Shown here piece after piece: positions 59,530-64,000 of a stretch of DNA of 64,000 nucleotides. Every line of letters starts with the position of its first letter. Position 1 is the first letter of the stretch. Origin of the DNA: Lama glama (Eukaryota). A program made the translations under genes and the position numbers. The stretch lies in NCBI GenBank assembly GCA_028534125.1, contig CM052824.1:59954001-60018000 (forward strand), written 5' to 3'. The notes under the pieces were generated by a model. The model made no database searches. It had not been told where the DNA came from and saw only the letters and a program-made list of their open reading frames with translations.

Positions 59530-59643
59530 CGCCGGGGCAGAGGCCTGGTGGGACTCAGCCTTGTGTCTCCAGCACCTGGGGCAGCGTCCTGCACACAGTA
59601 GGCGCTTGGTAAATATTTGTTAACTGGTGAGTGAGTGAATGAA
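59530..59643 (+). mobile_element. L2 3' end
   Basis: GTGTCTCCAGCACCTGG..GCACACAGTAGGCGCTTGGTAAATATTTGTT..TGAGTGAATGAA. Confidence 0.8.
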
Positions 59644-59694
59644 GGGTGTTTTAAGACTACGCAGGACCAGACAAAGCACCAGGCATTCCCTAAA

Positions 59695-59950
59695 CGCATC
59701 AGTCAGGGAGAGCGAGGTTGTGCTCCAGTAACAAACGGCTCCAAAACGCAGAGGCCTGAGCAAAGCGGCGTTTCTCCTGCACGCCCAGTGCGACTCGCGG
59801 GGCGGCTCCGCGTAATCACCTCGGCATCTACCCGGGACTTTCTGGCTGCCGTGTCCGAGGGCAGAGAGCGCTGGAGGAGCGACCTGCGTCTCTCACAGCC
59901 ACTGGCCAGATGTCTTACCCAGCCTTGGGGTGGGCAGAAGGCCCATCCCA
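59695..59950 (-). mobile_element. MLT1K/L-like LTR fragment
   Basis: CATCAGTCAGG..AGGTTGTGCTCCAGTAACAAAC..CCAAAA..CAGAGGC resembles the reverse complement of an old MLT1 3' end. Confidence 0.55.
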
Positions 59951-60379
59951 CCCCCGCCCCACCCCGAAGTCACAGTCAGACCCTTGGGTGAACAGCGGAC
60001 AGCGACCGCACGAAGGAGAAGCAGGGGCCCTGGACCGCAGGGAGCTCACAATCCAGTACAAGGCGTGCTCCCCGTCGACTGCCCACGACCGCCGCCCTGT
60101 CAGCGTCCTTCACCACTCACAGTGTTGCCAGGGGCCAGGAATTACACAAGCACTCTACATGAGGTGACATATTTCATGACTGCAATACCCACGAAGACGT
60201 TAATTTTTTAAAGTCACCTACTATTTCGCTGCAAAGAATGTTGCTGTTAATTTTGGTGCATTTCCTTCCAGCCTTTCCGTGTATGAATGTCCTTGTGTGT
60301 GCATGTGTATTTCACAGAAGGTGTGTGTGTTTATTATGTGCCACTTTCTGAAATCCCTTTTTAAAATAAAGGAACAGCC

Positions 60380-60800
60380 TTCTTTTTTCAGAGCAGTCTT
60401 GGGTTTATGGAAACTCGCGTGGCAAGTACAGAGAGGTCCTGTACCACACCCCTGCCCGCCCCTCCCGGCTTCCACCGTAAGGACCATCTTGCGTTACTGT
60501 GGCCACTTGCTACAGCTGATCGCTCTTGGTGAGTGATAAATACGCAATGGCCTGTACCCACCAGGAAGCATCGCACGCAGGAGTTTCACTGCCCTAAAAA
60601 TCCTGAGCTCCCCCGTTCATCCCGCCCCATGACTGCCGGCGACCACCGAGCTGCCTACTTCTGCACAGCTTTGTCTTTCCCAGAGTCTCACAGAGGGAAT
60701 CATATAGTATGGAGCCTTCTCAGACTGGCTCGCTCCACTCAGTCCCGTGGACCTGAAGCTCCTCCACGGCTCTCCGTGCCTTGAGAGTGAAGCTTTTTTC
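60380..60800 (-). mobile_element. L1MC-like 3' end
   Basis: TTTTTCAGAGCAGT..AAGTACAGAGAG..GTTTCACTGCCCTAAAAATCC..GGAATCATATAGTATG..CAGACTGGCT. Confidence 0.75.
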
Positions 60801-61230
60801 CTAATATTTATTTATCTATTTACTTTACTGAAGTAGAGCCGATTTGCAATGCTGCGTGAGTTTCTGGGGTCCAGCCCCGTGATTCAGTTATGCATACACA
60901 CATACATTCTTTCTCAGAATCTTTCCCGCCGTGGGTTGTCACGAGCTGCTGAGCGTGGCTCCCTGTGCGGCCCAGCAGGCCCCTGCTGTTTACCTGCTCC
61001 ACATACAGCAGTGTGAATCTGCCAATCCCAGACTCGCAGTCTACCCCTCCACCGACCCTCCCCCGGGTAACCACAGGTTTGTTCCCCACGTCTCTGGGTC
61101 TGTTTCTGAGTCATAAGTAAGTCTACCCCTGTGCTTTTTCAGATGCCACGCACAAATGACATCGTCCGGTGCTTTTCTTTGTCTGTCCGACTTCACTCGG
61201 GACCATCAGCCCCAGGTCCGTCCAGGCTGG
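60801..61230 (-). mobile_element. Artiodactyl/camelid-type L1 3' end (younger than the adjacent L1MC)
   Basis: TTTACTGAAGTAGAG..GATTTGCAATG..AGTTTCTGG..GTGATTCAGTTAT..TCCCTGTGC..CAGCAGG..CTGCCAATCCCA..GGTAACCACAGGTTTGTT..GTCTGTTTCTG. Confidence 0.8.
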
Positions 61231-62609
61231 ACCTACTTTCTGACGCTGGCGACGCCAGCACCTCTTTCCCGGGGTCAGGTGGGTTGGTGGGGTCCTGCCG
61301 ACCTGGGCCACTGCGTCACTCACCAGTCTCATCGCCAGCACAGGCGGCCAGGCCTGTTCTGGTCTCACTGGCGGATGTAGGGTCTCTGGGACCCCTCCCA
61401 GCGAAGGGACCCAGGACACCGCCCGCGCCTAACCCGGCATCACTCCCCCTGGCAGCTCTGCACCAAAGGCCAGAGCCCCCCCCCGAGGATGAGCGGGTCA
61501 CCCTTAAAGGTCAGGGGCACCCAAGAAACCCACGGCAAGGGGGCGGGGCGGAGGCAGGCTGCAGGAGGGCGATAAGAAGCGCGCTTGCCTTGCTTTTCCC
61601 TCCACGTGCACAGTGTCCCTGTGTTGCCACGGGCTCTGTTCTCTTCCCGTACACCTCAGGTGGTTCTCCTGACTTCAGCTTGTCACCTGGGAACCGGCCG
61701 TGTGCCAGCTCCAGTGCCACCTCTTCCAGGAAGCCCACTGCCCTGGCCCCGCCGGCCCCTCCCACCAGCCAAGGCTGAGCGCTGGTCAGTGCCCAGCGGC
61801 AGGCGGCGTGAGTGCAGAAGCTGCTCTGGGGGTTGCCACAGAGGCTGGAGGCTCAGGGTCAGGCGCCGTCAGGCCCCACGGGGACCCTCCCCACGCACAC
61901 CTGGGCCACACACGCAGGAAGCCAGTGCCGCACTGCAGGGGAGTCAGGGACCTGCCAAATCCCCAAGCCTGGCGCAGGCGCCTGCCAGGCAGCAGCCGGC
62001 TTCTCAGGCAGGTGGAGCGGACTCGGCCTTCCCCGAGTCTCCGCCTGCCAGCCAGCCGGGCCTCGAGGGCAGCCCCCGCGGGGAGGATGCGGCCCTCCAA
62101 GCTCCCGCACGGTCCTGGGCCAGGAGAAGCAATGGGAGGTTCTGCTCCCCACTCTCAGGACCGAGGGCCCACCCAGGGTCCTGCCTGGAAACTGCATGAC
62201 TGCAGGCACACAGCCTGGCTCCCCAAGACCTTTATGGGGACACCAGCAGAGGCGTGAGGGGACCTCAGGAAGCCGGCCCTTCCTGGAGGCCTGGGCATTC
62301 CACCGGCACCCCGAGAGAGAAGCGGGCACTGCTGGAGGTGACCGTGTGCGGGAGGGGCCCCAAGGGGCCACAGCACCCACGTGGGCGGCCTTTTCCCTGG
62401 AGAGGGACGGGCCAGCTTGATGCCATGTGTGTAAAACCAGAAGCTGGCCTTACGCTCAGAGCGAAGATAAGCGCCCAGATGGCCCGATGGCAGGGCCTGC
62501 AGAGCAGGGGGCCCTGTGGCTGTCCCTGCGCGCGGGAGGGGAGAGGCCGCGCCCCCACGCCAGTGACACCGGCTGCTGCCTGCCAAGCAGGGACGCGAAG
62601 GAGGCCTCG

Positions 62610-62750
62610 AGCTGATATATTTTTCTCCTCTAATAGTGCGGCGCAATTTAATTAACTCTCCATCGCACCCACCTGAAGATGACGGGGTTTATGGACACCA
62701 CCATCTGGCCCTTACAAAGCTGCTAATGTAGACAGTAAATCCTCGCCATT
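62610..62750. promoter_or_regulatory. Putative enhancer island
   Basis: CAATTTAATTAA, TTTATGG, CATCTGG (bHLH) and GTAAAT in an AT-rich unique stretch. Confidence 0.4.
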
Positions 62751-64000
62751 ACTCGGTGGCTGCAGAGGCGAGCTCTCCCGGCCACCTTCCTGAGCACCGT
62801 CCGCGTGGGCCGCCAGGACACCCCGAGGTGCTGGGCGGCCACCACGCTTGTGACCTCCGGCCTGCTGCAGGTGGCGATGTTGCCACCTCGGAGTCAGGTG
62901 TCTGCCGCGGGGCCTGGCTCCCTTTCCCACGGCCGGGCCCCCAGCGCAACATTGGCCCGCGTCCCATGCCAGCAACAGCGGCCACAGTGCCCGGGCCCAC
63001 TCAGCAGCCTGGTGCCCGGCGCTGCGCCCAGCCTCCACCCGTTCGGTGCCCGGGGCCTTCAGGCGCTGGGGGCCCTGATTACCTCCCTGTTTGCAGGGGA
63101 GGAAACAGGAACGCCGAAGTTCAAGTTCAAGGCCTAGGGCCTCACCAGCCAGGGCAGAGCCTGGTTCAGAGGGCGGGGGTTGGGCTGGGCAGGGCCGGTG
63201 GACCCAGCCCGGCCTCCCTGGGTCTCTGGTGAGGACAAAGCTTACTTTCCGGGTGATGCACGTTCTCAAGTTCTGAATCCGTTCTTTGAAATGGTGACGT
63301 TTGTCTGCCCTGGCTTAAGGGTGAAGTTTGGGCAAAAGGGTCAACAGGGCGGGGGAGGGCCTGACCACAGAGGGGAGTCCCCGTGTCGCCTGCTCCCACG
63401 CGCCCACAGGAACTGCTGCTAGACCCCGAGGAGGGGGCCCTGCCTGCCGGGTGGGCTCTGGACCCCGCGCCCCCCCAGGACCTCCACCCCAGACTGCAGC
63501 CCGGCGGCCTTTCAGGCGTTTCCACGAGGGACGCTTCCGTGTGTGAAAGGAAACCTCATTTGTCGCTTTCTCACCAGCAAAACAGAGGAAAGCCCCACCT
63601 CTTTCCTCCCACCCGCCCAGGGAGGGTCTCAGGCTCAGGTGGGCCCACTAGGGCCGGCGCGGCCAAGACGAGGCCCTCCGCAGACACGCAGGTCTGCAGG
63701 AGGCACTTCCTCACTGCGCAGGAGCCAGTCACCTGCCGTCTGCCAGCTTGATCTGATGGTTTACGCTGATCTCAGAGGTCCTCGGGGGCGGGTGGGGGGA
63801 GTCAAGTCAGCTCCGTTGGCAGGGGCAAAATGCAAAAGGGTTGCGTTTATAACACTGTCACCCCGCCAGGCGCTGCCCATACTCACCCCTCGTCACAGGA
63901 CGGCTGTTGGCCCATTAATCACCCTTATCTGCTTGGGAAGGGGCCGCAGCGCCACCCGCCCTCCCGCCCCCGGGCAAGTTCAGGCCCTGCGAGGTGGCCG

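Noticed and set aside
1-64000. Assignment to a specific locus (considered PRDM16, CASZ1, GSE1, ZMIZ1, EBF3 and similar GC-rich regulatory blocks) or known miRNAs (miR-1, miR-133, let-7)
   Set aside because: No exon or mature miRNA sequence that I remember from these genes was found by eye; naming a gene would be a guess.
1-64000. Prokaryotic-type systems (CRISPR arrays, operons, IS elements) or an intact autonomous retroelement
   Set aside because: The sequence is mammalian non-coding DNA with no regularly spaced repeat-spacer array and no transposase or reverse transcriptase ORF.

Overview
Mammalian genomic DNA, very GC- and CpG-rich (roughly two-thirds GC by eye), with a 180-N assembly gap at 45212-45391. 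Two tRNA-derived SINEs matching the camelid vic-1 type (805-938, 39692-39845) and an artiodactyl-type L1 3' end point to a camelid (Vicugna/Lama/Camelus) genome. I recognise no protein-coding exon, RNA gene or miRNA. The many ORFs are the expected by-product of high GC, and the longest overlap transposon relics. The window reads as a large intron or intergenic block made of three parts: (i) sparse, old transposon fossils (Tigger5b, MER6A, MER20, MER81, MER3, MLT1, L1M, L2, MIR); (ii) GC-rich unique spacer; (iii) about 20 short AT-rich, non-repetitive islands dense in homeodomain/HOX-PBX/SOX/TCF motifs that look like conserved non-coding enhancers of a developmental regulator. I could not identify the host gene. 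The most notable signals are a strong AT-to-GC shift in the repeats (gBGC-like), against which the putative enhancers stand out, a helically phased homeodomain site array, a repeated motif pair flanking the gap, and three unverified exon candidates. I find no evidence of a novel protein-coding system. Repeat family names come from remembered consensus sequences and need RepeatMasker/Dfam confirmation; boundaries are approximate.
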